Below are positions 24,489-37,137 of a stretch of 64,000 bases of DNA, piece after piece; the stretch's first letter is position 1; the number at the start of each line of letters is the position of its first letter. The notes under the pieces are model-generated. The model was not told the origin of the DNA. It saw only the letters and a program-made list of their open reading frames with translations, and did no database searches. The stretch comes from Magallana gigas (lineage: Eukaryota), in NCBI RefSeq assembly GCF_963853765.1, contig NC_088858.1:50778001-50842000 (forward strand), in the 5' to 3' direction. The position numbers and the translations under genes were made by a program.

Positions 24489-26884
24489 TAATAGTGTTTG
24501 GTTGTTTCTTATAAGTTACTAATCACAATTGAATAACAAATAAGAACTCTGACATACAATGAGTAGGGCATTGTGCCTCCTTTCTTGGGAACAGACATTT
24601 TCCCCTGCCCTGCAGAAAGGCTTAAAGATGGCTCTGCAAAATTCGTTAATACTTTTTCAGAAAGACATTGAATACAAGTGTTTGTTTCTGTATTTTTATA
24701 AATATATGTTTTAATATATTTACTGGAGAACAGATGTACATGTATATCCTGTTTTTAAAAACATATTTGACCAGTTTGGTGAAACAGAAATCAGATTTCT
24801 GTATATGCATGTCTCCATCCAAAAGCATGACATTTAATTCATCATTACATGAATTTTTACTCTGTATGCATTTTCATTTTTTAGGCTGCACTTATTTTTT
24901 ATTGATTTACATGTAAAAAAGTAACTTGATGCATAACGTGATTTTTCTGAACAGGATGCAATTCTCTGGCGCAGGTGAAACATACTCGTAACATCGCAAG
25001 TTTATGGCGTAGTTGAAATATACTCGTAAACTTTGCCTGCTGCAAAATCGAAGCTTGCTTCTGCAGTAAATATGTTTAATACATGCATGACAAGTTTCGG
25101 GTTTTAAAGAATGGCACATAGTTAGGTTCTTTATTTCTGTTAAAAGCTTAAATTGTAATCTGTTGTACTGCTTAACAATGTAATGTAAACTTTATTATTG
25201 ATAATTGAAATACATGTTCTGAATTTCATTTCGAGTTCCTTTTCATGAAAAAAAACTAAATAAATGTAACATACTGTATTGTAGTACTCATTTTTAAAAA
25301 AAAAACATCATTATCACAAATAAATAGACTTGTGACTCTTGCCTGTTTTGTAGTTATTTGTATATGGAACCTCAACCTCATATTCTAGCAAACTGGTCTT
25401 GTGTGAAATAAAGAATTTCATTAGATCGATTAGCATGTGTCAAGACTCGGTATAAGGTTCATGAAACCTAATTCATTCATCTTTTGATGATGATGCAAGT
25501 GATGGATTCTGAGATACGTTTTTACAAATTTGGTCAATTTCTTATTTCAAACCGTGCATTATCATAGTAAAGAGAGTAAAATAGGCTGTAACCTATTACA
25601 TTAATATATGAACACAGACACTAACAACTGTTTTGACATCAATGTCTAACTGGAAAAAAACACATTGCATATTAAAGTGTCATATTTAAAAAACGTATGT
25701 TTAAAATATGTTTGATACAACAATGTTAAAAATATGTTTAACATATGTTCCTACAAACATATGTTTTGAGTGTGCCGTAAGATTAACATATTTTTTAAAC
25801 GTATGTTCAGCATATTTTTCAAACATAGGTTTAACATACTGTGAAAAATTCATATGTTTAACGTATGTTTAACATATGTTCAACATATGTTACTCGAAAA
25901 ATATGTTGAACATAAGTTGCAATTTTCCCTGTATACAGTTTAGGTAGAAAGCTTCGTGGACACCATAACCATGCATTCTTTTTATCTTCCACTACTTTTT
26001 CTAAGATGCTATACAATTTTCTCTACATGGCCATATTAGCCCTACCCTAAGGGAGGAGTTCCTGATAAAAAGGCCATTAATTTTGTCTTAGGGATTCATG
26101 ACATCATAATCATGCATTTAGTTTTACCTAAATTTCTAATGCTTTAAGCAAGTGTCTGTATACAATCAAACTTTATTTTAGGCCTAATTTAAAAAAATAA
26201 TAATAAAGGTACCCTACGATATAAAAAACACAGCATCATTACCTCGTTTGTTTTCCTTTCGCACTAATACCAGTAACATCTCCTCAGTACCACCATTAAA
26301 TAAAAACCTAATAAGTATGTGGAATGTTCTTCTTCTGGTCCAGTCCTGCTACATTCTGATGCTGAGGAACCGTCTCACTTTCAGGTTTATCTCGTTTCAT
26401 ACATACAGGCAGTTTATGCTTTCATAAATGTGTCATGCAGTTGCGCATGCTGTGCAGTGTTTATCAGAGATGCGAGTTACTCTATTGTAGCGGTCACGTT
26501 GACGTGTCGTTTCATGACATTTTGGCCTCCATGATAGGTCTTTAATACCCGGCTGCATTGAATTTTCTGACAAGCCTTGAGACTGATTTTGTGTTGTCTT
26601 TAAAAAAATCTAACAGACTGTGTTGAATATTATGAATTTAGAATAGCTGATTTATTGTTTATAACATCATTTTAAAGGTTTTAAGTAAATAGAGCAAATA
26701 TTGTGAAAAAAAAAACCAAAACGTTCGTGAACTACGCACTGCTTCGACGATGCCAACTGATTTTGAAGGTTCTTGGGCAGACATGCACCGCAATTTATGA
26801 AAGTACACGAGTTACCCTAGTGTCGTTACAAGACGTTTTTGCTTTCACGGTAGGTCTTTAATGTAGTATAGAAGAAGCTGAACA

Positions 26885-26945
26885 TGTCGACGGACGAAAA
26901 CAGATCGCAATGGGTCACTTGAGTGACCAAGGTGACCTAAAAACA
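26885..26945 (+). mobile_element. 3' end of a Helitron/HINE-like repeat
   Basis: gacggacg...gggtcacttgagtgaccaaggtgacctaaaaa: GACG repeats, short hairpin and A-run. An analogous end lies on the - strand near 59030-59090. Confidence 0.4.
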
Positions 26946-29900
26946 AAGAAATAAACACATTAAATTGTTAATATTATACTACAATATTAATTACATTTCA
27001 AATATAATTGCTTCCATACAAAGACAACTTGTATGTGACTTTTAATCCGCTATATTAATAAACATTCAAATCATACTGTTCTTCCGCCGAAGAGATCAAA
27101 AGATCTGTAAAGTTAATATCTAAGTTAAGGGGTTTTGGCATAATTGCAATTCATTTTGGACTAAACCAATTGACTTTTGAGATATTTGTGAAGTAATATT
27201 AAATCATATGAATAAGTTTCTTTTATTTACTATATAAACTACCACTCATTAAAGTTATCTTAAGTATCCTATTTTTATGTAAAGTAAGTCAGGAGTAAGA
27301 TTTTTTTTATTTTTATTTAGAAATGATAAAATAATGTACATTTACTCTGTCGTTTTGATTGTTACAATAATTGAACAACATATTAAACATCAACTTGTTA
27401 TTTATTCAACACCAGGACAGGTATTTTTCTTACTTGGAGGTCACGGGAATGCAGTTTTTTTCGATCATTTTATTTTGTGCCGGTCCCACTACTGAATTCG
27501 AATTTAACGATGCTGACAAGGCCACGCGTATATCAGTAATATTTTAGACGAAAACGGCTCACAGAGGTTGCGGAATAAAGTTCTTCTTGATATAATGTTC
27601 TACACCGGCCGGAGAGGAAATATTATTAAGGGACATGAAGAGAATGGTCATTGTATTAAGAATAGATAGCCAAGGAAGGAGATATTTTCTCAACATTGCA
27701 CATTATGAAACAAAAAACCACAAAGGGAGTGATGTAAGTACATTGTATTCAATAATTTATTATAATTTATTATAGTGACGTGTATATTGTATAAATATTA
27801 CAGAATCCTTTTTACGAAAAAGTCAATACACCCGACACATGAGTAACTTTAGACTGTTACAATGTAAATAGAATTTACATGTTTTAGGAACAAGATATAT
27901 AGCTTTGTTAAGTGTTTCTGTCTTAGTTTGAATAATTCATTAATAAAATAAGCGATTTCGCGAATAACTATAATCCATCTTCAGCAAGAATACTCGAGTA
28001 TGATTTAATGAATAAAGAAGCAATGTCAATTGAGTTACTTATATTTTTATAGTTTTATTTATGACATTATCTAAAAGTATTATGCATATAAAAATATAGT
28101 CAAGAAATGAGAATAAGTTGGCCTTTGATTTTTTATTTATTTCCAATATATGAAGACGGAGGCCTCCATGCCGTAGAGCCTCTGATTCTGTTGCTGTGTG
28201 GAATGACAGTGTTCCAGTCAGTCATCACACACTCGGTTACTCCATAAAAACAATATCTAATAATCAGGATTGTCAACTATGTATGTCAACCATTGCAACT
28301 GTGCATCAAAAAAGCAGAAATATTCAAGGTATTGACGAGTTATTGATCAGCACAGTAAGAGCCAGAAAATTTAGATGCATCAATGAAATCTTGTTTATCA
28401 CAAAGTCAGTTTCAAAACGGGGAATTTGAATCTTTAATTAAAAATCACTTCTTATCGGAGTTCCTTGAAGATAAAAATGATTTAAATGTAATGGTCAATT
28501 CCAAAGGAAAGGTCAGTATTATTTTCAAATCACTTGTTGTTGCCGGGATTTTTATATAAAAATGGTACATTATGTATCAGCCTTATCTACTAGTATTTTG
28601 TTTATATATTCTGCTGCTATATTCTGTTAAAATAAAATGTTACAGTTATAAATATGAGTCCAAATATTGTCGGTATAACAAAACAATTGATGACACTATA
28701 TGAGGTCACCATTGGTGAATTGAAGACTCTCGACCTGACCCACTCGGTGACTGGACCTTACATCAGTTGCTGGCCTCGGTCAGGTCAGGTCACCTCGATA
28801 GTCAGGTCTCCATGTTGTTCTCATTAAGAGTGATTTATTGTATAATATCCTATGGTCAAGTTAAATGAGTGAAATGAAGCTATACATGTACTAATTGTTA
28901 AAGAAAGAAAAAAAGCTTGTTGACCCCCTTTTATTTTTTTTAGATTTCTGAGTGCAAGAGATATTAATCATAATATTAAAGAGAAAAATAAGAAACTTGA
29001 CTATCAATATACAAAAATATATAATGATATTTCAAACCTTCTAAATATTTTGATATTTTTTGTTACAAATATCTTTTTATATATATATAATGATAAATGT
29101 AATGACAAATTTAATGTGTCTTTCAATATAATCAATAGAGTTAAATTAATTAACAATAGAACTCACTCGACACGGAAAATGCGCAAAATAGATAAATAGA
29201 ATAGGAAAAAATTAAGGGATGCTGGAGTTTTTATGTAGTCTAAGTTTTATGAATGTTTGTTTCCAGATGTTAAAGTTACTCTGCAATAAATGTTTTTGAT
29301 TCTATTAATATTTGAGATCTAACTCTCTACAGCCGTGTGAACAATCCTCTGTACTTTTTGCTAGATCTCTTTATCGTTTTATTTGTAAGAATAAACTACA
29401 GATCACGAAACACATAAAGTTAATTGCATTTGTCGTTTATAATGGCTGAGGTGAGCACACGAACTCGTTCGATCAGAAATCAAAGAATAAAGGGTGAAGC
29501 ATCGAACAAACCGTTTTACAAAAGCTAACCTTTTTATATCTCTATCACATACACCTTTTCATTGAAGTTTTGTTAATTCTTTCTTTGTTTATGATACTCC
29601 CTCATTGGTTTACAAGTTACACAAATTAAAAGTTAAGATCCGATATTTGTTTGTTTAACTTCCGCGTGATTCAGAAGACATGTTTCTTTTATCTCTAAGA
29701 AAAACATATGTTGGCGGGTATGCTTAAAATAATTGTTAAGACACCCAATGCTCTCCTGATAGTTCACGTTTTTATTATCAAACGAATTGATTATAGTATC
29801 TTAACGAACGAGATTGCAACTTTTGATGGTTTCGCTGTTGAAATCAATAAGAGTATTTTTGTTAAAACTTTACTTAAAAATTCGTAACTGAAAAATGAAT

Positions 29901-31641
29901 GATGTATTTTTTATTTAAAGAATTATTTTAATTTCAACAGATGTAATACTTTAAATCGGGCGATGCTTTCGGGAAATATGAATTTTCTTTGGGGAATAAA
30001 TCTTCAAATTTCTCTCATCATCATGCAATAAATGGATGGTTAAAAAATCTTTTGGAGAAAAGAGGCGGTGCAAGAACATGGTTTCGACAATACACTAATT
30101 ATCTTTTTTTAAACTCTGTTTATATAACTCGACCAGCCTGACAGTGTGTCCTATGAATGTACATGTATGAATAATATTTTTTTTAGAATATTGTTTAACG
30201 TCAATAGCGAACTGTTTGATTTTGATTGGATAGAGTGTAGCATTATATATTTATAATTATGTACATATGTTTCAACAGCTTATAATTCATTTGAATTTAG
30301 CCAATAAACAATACAATGCATGCACAGGTTTATGTATAGTTTCATTATCAATGGACCGATTATTATTTCTCTCATAAATGTTTATAATGGATTGGTTTAT
30401 TTGAAAATAATGATTAAAGTCTTTGCCTGAAAAATAAAAGCCGTAGTTTTGAAAATTTTAATGTGAAATAATGTAAAATATGAATGTGAAATAAATTAAA
30501 TGAATATACAAAACAATAAATATTTGTATAACAACCCTTTTTCTGTAATCTTTCAACAATGTTAGTTATAGAACAGAGGTTTTTGCAAATTTTTCATTAT
30601 TATTTTTTTACGTGAGCCATGAAAGTGATCAGAATATGCGCTTTTTATAGTTTATATTTAAAAATAGATGCAAACTAAGAACATCTTAAATATTCAAGAA
30701 AGAAGATTAAAATGAATCATTTATAACAGGAAATGGGACAAGTTGTGGTGAGTTCACAAGTTTTGACCCATTTGTGTTGATTAGAGTCAGCCATTGTTTT
30801 GAGTCTAGAAAATTTAGATTAGATAAGTAATAAACGTTAGAAATCATTTATCAAAAAAATGGATATATCAATTTTTCAAATAAATATAGAACATCAAAGT
30901 ATGTATCTTAAAATGCAAGAAAACTGTGGCTGAATAAATGAACAATTTTTCGATAAAAATTTAATACATTTTACGTGTTTTGTGTGCGGAATTGTTATTG
31001 AAGGGAAAATTATGATTTAAATCAAAAACCTCAAAACCACATAAAAGTAACTGATGAGAAAGGATTTGTCAATAAATGTTCTTTTTACTTAAGGTATAAA
31101 CATATAAAAAAAAGCGTTATCTAATTCCTCATTTCTTACAGCGAAAAGAACATGCAAAACACATGAATTTTCCTAAAGTTTTAATATTTTAATTTACGAA
31201 TCAGTTTCCTACGAAGCATTGTATTAAGCTGTCAAGAATATTGACAATTTAATGAAAGGTCTAATGTGTCTGCCTGTTATTTAGTAATATATGTTCTGTT
31301 GAAGTTTTAATGAAAAAAAAAACGAAAATCCATAAATATCAAAAATTTACATAATGTGCAAAAACAAGAGGACTGAAATATAGTCATAACGTCTTTAACA
31401 AATCTATTTTGATATGTATTGCATTATGTAACAGATTTTCTGGACGAAATAACCACCATGGCTAAGAAAAATCTCATTCGTAGAAATTAACCTGACCGAA
31501 AACAAATGGGTTACTAAGATATCCTGTTCTAGTCAATTAAAATAGTTCGTTTGAAAGAGATACATGTCTAATTAAAACTCTATTAGGGACTAAAATAAAA
31601 AGAAGATGTGAATTGAATATTTGAAACACAATTAATCTACC

Positions 31642-31691
31642 TATAAAATAGTAATTAGCGGTGATCGTTTACCTGTGTGTGACAGCAGCAG
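31642..31691 (+). promoter_or_regulatory. TATA box and short non-coding first exon of the secreted Y/N/Q-rich gene
   Basis: TATAAAA 31642-31648; donor CAG|GTAAGG at 31691/31692; acceptor ccttag| at 31882, 7 nt before ATG 31890. Confidence 0.7.
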
Positions 31692-31889
31692 GTAAGGAGA
31701 CGGACGTCCATTAAACGTAAGTGTTTAGAGTCAAAGCCTAAAGAATTGCATTCACTAGTCGCAGTAATATTTATTCTCAAAAAATTATACATTACAACGT
31801 TTTGAAATAAATAATGAAAGCAGAAAATGTTATAATATAAAATGCATGTATCTTTAAAGTCTGTTTGTTTTATAAACCTTAGGTTGAAC

Positions 31890-33061
31890 ATGAAGGACCT
31901 ACATCTGTTTGTTTTTGGAACAATTTTACAAGTAAGTCATATTTTATGGTGGAATGCTTTACCAAAATTTTATTCATATGGATTGTTATCCATTATTTCG
32001 GAAGCATGATACCATTTTTTCGCTTAAGTAAATGAATGTCAATGGCTTCTAGACGCTTTATTTATTTATTTTTTATTTTATTTTTTTGGGGGGGGGGGGG
32101 GGGGTACAACTTTTTATGAAAATTTCAAAAATAATCTTCTGTTTATATTATTCAAACGTATGAATAACGTATGAATAAAACTATAGAACAATCGGTGTTT
32201 AATTGTGCGTTTTTGTTTGGTTTGAACTTTTACCTAACAGAATATAATTTATATTTATATATATAAATTATCTGTGTAATAAAAGGACGTATACAAGTAT
32301 TTATAAATAACGACATCGGTTCTACTTCTTCGTATGTCAGTAAATAGAAATAACCACATCGATTCTACTTCTAAATGTTGTTTTTTTTAAAGATTATTCC
32401 AGCTAACAGTTCCCCATGGATCAACAGAAATGGGCTTAATTCAAACCAAGGTAACTGTACTGAAAATAATTACATAACTCACAACTCTTCAATATAAACC
32501 GAATCTTGTCAATGTAGTTTTCTCTAATTGTTGATCTTCTACACAGGTATGCCAAATATGTACACAGGACATGGATTGTTCGCTCCTAACAGTAACGTTT
32601 ATCCTGGGAGTTACAACAGTCCGAGCAGTACTGGATACCAGCAGCAAGCAAAGGCTTACGGCAGCAATACGAACCAAAACAAGCCCTATCAAACCCCCGG
32701 CATTTCACATCCAAACTCCTATCAGAAGCAACAATCTGGGCATTATCAGAATGCGGCGAACTTGAATTATCAATCGAATACTCAAAATGGATACACTTTG
32801 CCGGTACAGAACTCAAACGGAAATTACGGAAACGTTTACTCACAGAATAAACCGCCGATTAAAAGATTCGGAAAGCCCCAAAAGAAGAAATTCTATTGGC
32901 CATTCTTCCCGTACAGCGCTAGTGATTACGGTAATCCTCTCTATAAAAAGGGCAATGAGCACAAGAAGGATACTTATGACAAAGGGTACTCCGATGTACC
33001 ATATGAGGGTCCAATGTACAACAGTGCAAAGAAAGTTCAATCGTATAGTAGGCATTTGTGA
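31890..33061 (+). CDS. Uncharacterised secreted low-complexity Tyr/Asn/Gln/Ser/Lys-rich protein (~204 aa)
   Basis: Coding exons 31890-31931 (MKDLHLFVFGTILQ, phase 0), 32393-32450 (IIPANSSPWINRNGLNSNQG, phase 1) and 32547-33061. All introns are GT-AG and frame-consistent. Reconstructed signal peptide; AATAAA 33087-33092. Confidence 0.8.
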
Positions 33062-35436
33062 GGTGTCATATTGATACAAACTCATAAATAAATTGTATGC
33101 AATGGTTTAGGAATCATAAATTGGTTCTTTTAATTCGTTACGGAGATCGTAGGGGAACTTTTAGCCTATAATACATTTTCACTTCAAAATCGCCTGGGGA
33201 ATACGGTACCTTCTTTTTTTCTCTCTGTTTTTAATAACAATAAAAAAAAAATAACAATTATAAAGACGGACACATACTTTTCCTTTTATGAAAGTTTTAA
33301 CCTGCATATTGTCTCATAGAACCTGTAATATATTTGACTCTTTAATCAATTTTTAAAATCAAATTTTTCGATCATCATATACATGTACTAATAGTCTTGA
33401 AATTCTTCGTCATTTATCAACCTCGCTTAAACTTCTTGTGATTTTTTATTGAACGCATGATAAAATAAAGAATATGTACACATGTTCATTGTTTAATGAA
33501 CTTGTTAGATATATCTTTTTTCTTTCGTTTTTGTGATTTGCTTCGGCTGATCACAGCTGTGTCCATATGAGGCATCCGACAAATTTCGCTATCTTCGCAA
33601 GCATTACGCTTTGCACTACTTTCTTAACTAATCTTTAATTAATAGTTTTATAACTAAGGAACGATATTTTGATGTATTTTACTTAAGATTTTGCCATTTA
33701 TACAATTTCACAATGATGTAAATCATGTTTTGTTTTTTTATATACGTAAGAATTTCGTTTGGAAGTACACTTGTACTAAACGTTAAGTTAATTCGTTCCT
33801 TTCAATTTCGGAAAGCAACAAACATGCAATTTATCCTATTAATTAAACGCATGTCGTATTTAAGGCCAACGTTACATAAAACATTTCATATTGACAACTA
33901 AAATTACATTCCGATCATTTCTTCAAAAGGAATACTTCCTCCATCTTATATTTAGGCGATCCCTTAACCGGATATAAAAGAACGGTAACTTATGTTTGTA
34001 TTTTCAAAGTTATTGTCTTATATTTTTTCTCTATAATACACGACTCTCTTAAAGATTTTATTCATAAATTCTTTAATAAAAAAATGAACAAAAGATGTTT
34101 TTTTTATTTTTCTTAAATAATTTTTATTAAAAAATGTCTGGACATGATTTATTAGATATCAATACCATTCATTTATTTACTTTTAAGAGGGTTACTTGCA
34201 ACCAAAACAGGTTTTTTACTTTCTTATAAATAATCTAAAATTCGTATAAAATAAATACAGGCATGTATTCTTCTTTGAACAATGGAATCATGTTTCAGAA
34301 ACGATACTTTAACAATCTGTAACACACGGTAATATAATATTTGGGTGTTGCATTCCACCTTCATCAATCCAATTCAATCATTTCCGGACCTTTCATGTGT
34401 GCCTGATATTGTCCGGAACAATGAGTCCGGTTCCGGTACCCCTTCTCTCTATGTGTAGGTAGAATAATGAGTTTGAAAGACGGATAACTTACTGTTATAT
34501 TAATAATATATAAAAAACGAAATAGCAATGTACATACCAAACCACTTTATAATTGATAATTTATTCATTTAAAAAACATTCTTATCTTCAAATTCGGAAA
34601 CCTTTAAAAACCGTTGAGGAGTTTGTGGGACCTCAATGATTCTAACGGTAATTTTTTAAGTCATGTATGTTTACAAACAAATCCTTCTACATGTAACACA
34701 CATCGGTTTTATAAATTGTCAGGTTCATGTAAAATTTAACTCAAAATTCCCTCAGTATGAGCCACAAAATGACAGGCTTTTAACAAAATGCAGAACTCTC
34801 TGCAAATCTGTCGATATTGCAACGTATCGCATTGCGTTTACATTCGTATTTGAGGTTTTTTTGTCTAATTTACGCAGAAATATCATTAATATTTGCAGTT
34901 CTAAAATTGATTTTCATGTTGCTTTTAAGAGATGCCTCACATTATCTTGAAAGGAGTTTGGATGTAGCAATCAATATTAATGTAAAAAAGATAAAGAAAG
35001 AAGAAATTGTAAGATGCTTGCCGGAAATGATTGGGGTAAATAAATTATTGATAGGCAACATGCACGGATCTAGAGGAAGACCCCTCTTGAAAGTTTAAGT
35101 TTATTAAATTCGCATATTAATATTTACAATTATTTTACTCTCTCTCTCTCTCTTTCTCTCTCTCATGCCGGATTTTTTTTTATTTATGATGTACATTTTG
35201 TATACCCCGAGGTTTGTAGACTATAAACACACTCTCTGTTTATGACAAACGCCCATCAACGTTTACATTTGAAAGTGGTAATGCAGACAGATTCACCTCA
35301 GAGTCTGTAAATTAATAAATACAGTATTCAGAATGATATATAATTTTCTCTTTCTCCTCATATTAAACTTAACAAACCATGGTGTATATATTTCTATTTT
35401 GTTGCGTTAAGTTTGTTTTAATCCTGGTAAATAATG

Positions 35437-35440
<4 letters not shown>

Positions 35441-35520
<80 letters not shown>
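35441..35520. repeat. (CT)40 microsatellite
   Basis: Perfect dinucleotide run; a shorter CT run lies at ~35138-35165. Confidence 0.98.
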
Positions 35521-35523
<3 letters not shown>

Positions 35524-37137
35524 GATGGAGTATCAATGCATCAGAACAGGAGATAACATGGTATAGCACAATCAATAAAGACACAGTCAAAGACCTTACA
35601 CAATAGCCAGCACAATAAATGTTTACTTGATGGAATCCCTGCAAGACTACGGCCAAGAATACAAGAATACAGAAATAGTGTTAGTTCAAGTCTGTTTGGG
35701 GGAATTACAAGAGTATCTGGCTCATACAAACCCCAAACCGTCATGGATTCCTAATGATCTTCAGTATTTAGATTAACCCTTGTTATGCAATAGGAGTTTA
35801 ATGAGTGAATATGTATCCAGGAAAAACTTTTGGCTTACTTGCATTCCTGATTTTGCAGGTAAGTTGCAGTGTGTGTGTGCCAACATGTAAACAATAATCC
35901 TATTTTAAGAAATATAGGCATCTAATTGGGATCTTTGAAGGATGCCCAACAGAAATCACATTGCCTGTCTGTCCGTCAGGTTTAGGAATAATTTATTAAT
36001 ATGAGGAATACTTTTTAACTTTTTAGGATTGTTCATAGAATTTTTACAACCACAGAGTATTTCATTTCAAATTTTAGGGACAAACTATTGTAGGTGTAAA
36101 CTGTCTTCCTGGAAAATTCCGATTAAAACAAGCTTAAAACTTACAAGCCTGACTATGTTAAAAATGTACCATAGGTAGGCTGCGCAAGTTAATTGTTTCA
36201 TTTATGTGTAACACACTGATCCGTAATTCGGTATTGGACGCTCTTTTTCCAAGATTTAGTCAGCTTTGGACTGGATAGTTTCATTTTCTAAAAGACAAAT
36301 TGCTTACATTTTTTCATGGATATTTATCAACATGTCAAGGATGCTCTCAGTCGCTGAAGGCTCAACCTGCCTTCTCGATTTATGTATTTTTTGGCAATGT
36401 CCTAAAACTTAATATACTTAATTATCATAATTTATAAACAAATATGACATTCTTTTCTTTAAATGCATCTATGTCTAAAAGAATAACTATTCACAAAAGT
36501 TGTGAAGCATAATTTATCATATTTTACTGCATCTCTTTCTATTTAATTCAGAATTGTGTTGGATCAGTTGAAAATATCTTTACATGTTAAAGCCTTCAAC
36601 GTTTTGAATACTTGATGTATCTACCGTACCGTACCGTAACGTACTGAACCAATATTACTCAATTAATTTACTATGTACCTCCTAAAAGTTTTATATGGAT
36701 GTACTTGACCACCCTAAAGATATATTTGTGAAGATGGTCGACTGGTAACTTTGTCCATATTTCATATCCATTAACGATGATAGGCATGTATACACAATAT
36801 TCATTTAAATGCATTTTATTATCAACATTACCAACTGTCAAATATTGTTGCCCGCGTTTTTAATTTAAAATTTAAATATCAATTACTAGCCCAAGAGTAA
36901 ATAAAATTATTCTTTCAAAAGTCAATTATCAAAATATTTTTAAAAAAAATTAACTTTCAAATACTTTGCGTGCATTTCGTATCAAATTAAAACATCAAAA
37001 ATTACATCAATTACTTTCACACGAGTATTTAATTAAGTCATATCTTTAAAGTCAATTTTCTTCCTGCCGACTTATGATAAAGACGTCTTTATTTAAACTT
37101 CAAATTAAGTGTGCAACAAATATTACTTCGAAATGAT

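Larger units (their letters stand above)
22137..25933. mobile_element. ~3.8-kb TIR (foldback-like) element with subterminal AACATATGTT arrays
   Basis: Left aaaattgcaacatatgtttaacatat (22144) matches the reverse complement of right atatgttgaacataagttgcaatttt (25901-25926) with 2 mismatches. Arrays at 22150-22320 and 25690-25920. It splits a gccat...tttaggtag...catgcatt repeat. Confidence 0.65.

Noticed and set aside
35369-35744. ORFs with an ER dipeptide run and a nearby ~50-codon frame (MESLQDYG...)
   Set aside because: The ER run is the (CT)40 microsatellite; the adjacent frame has no recognisable motif or convincing splice context.
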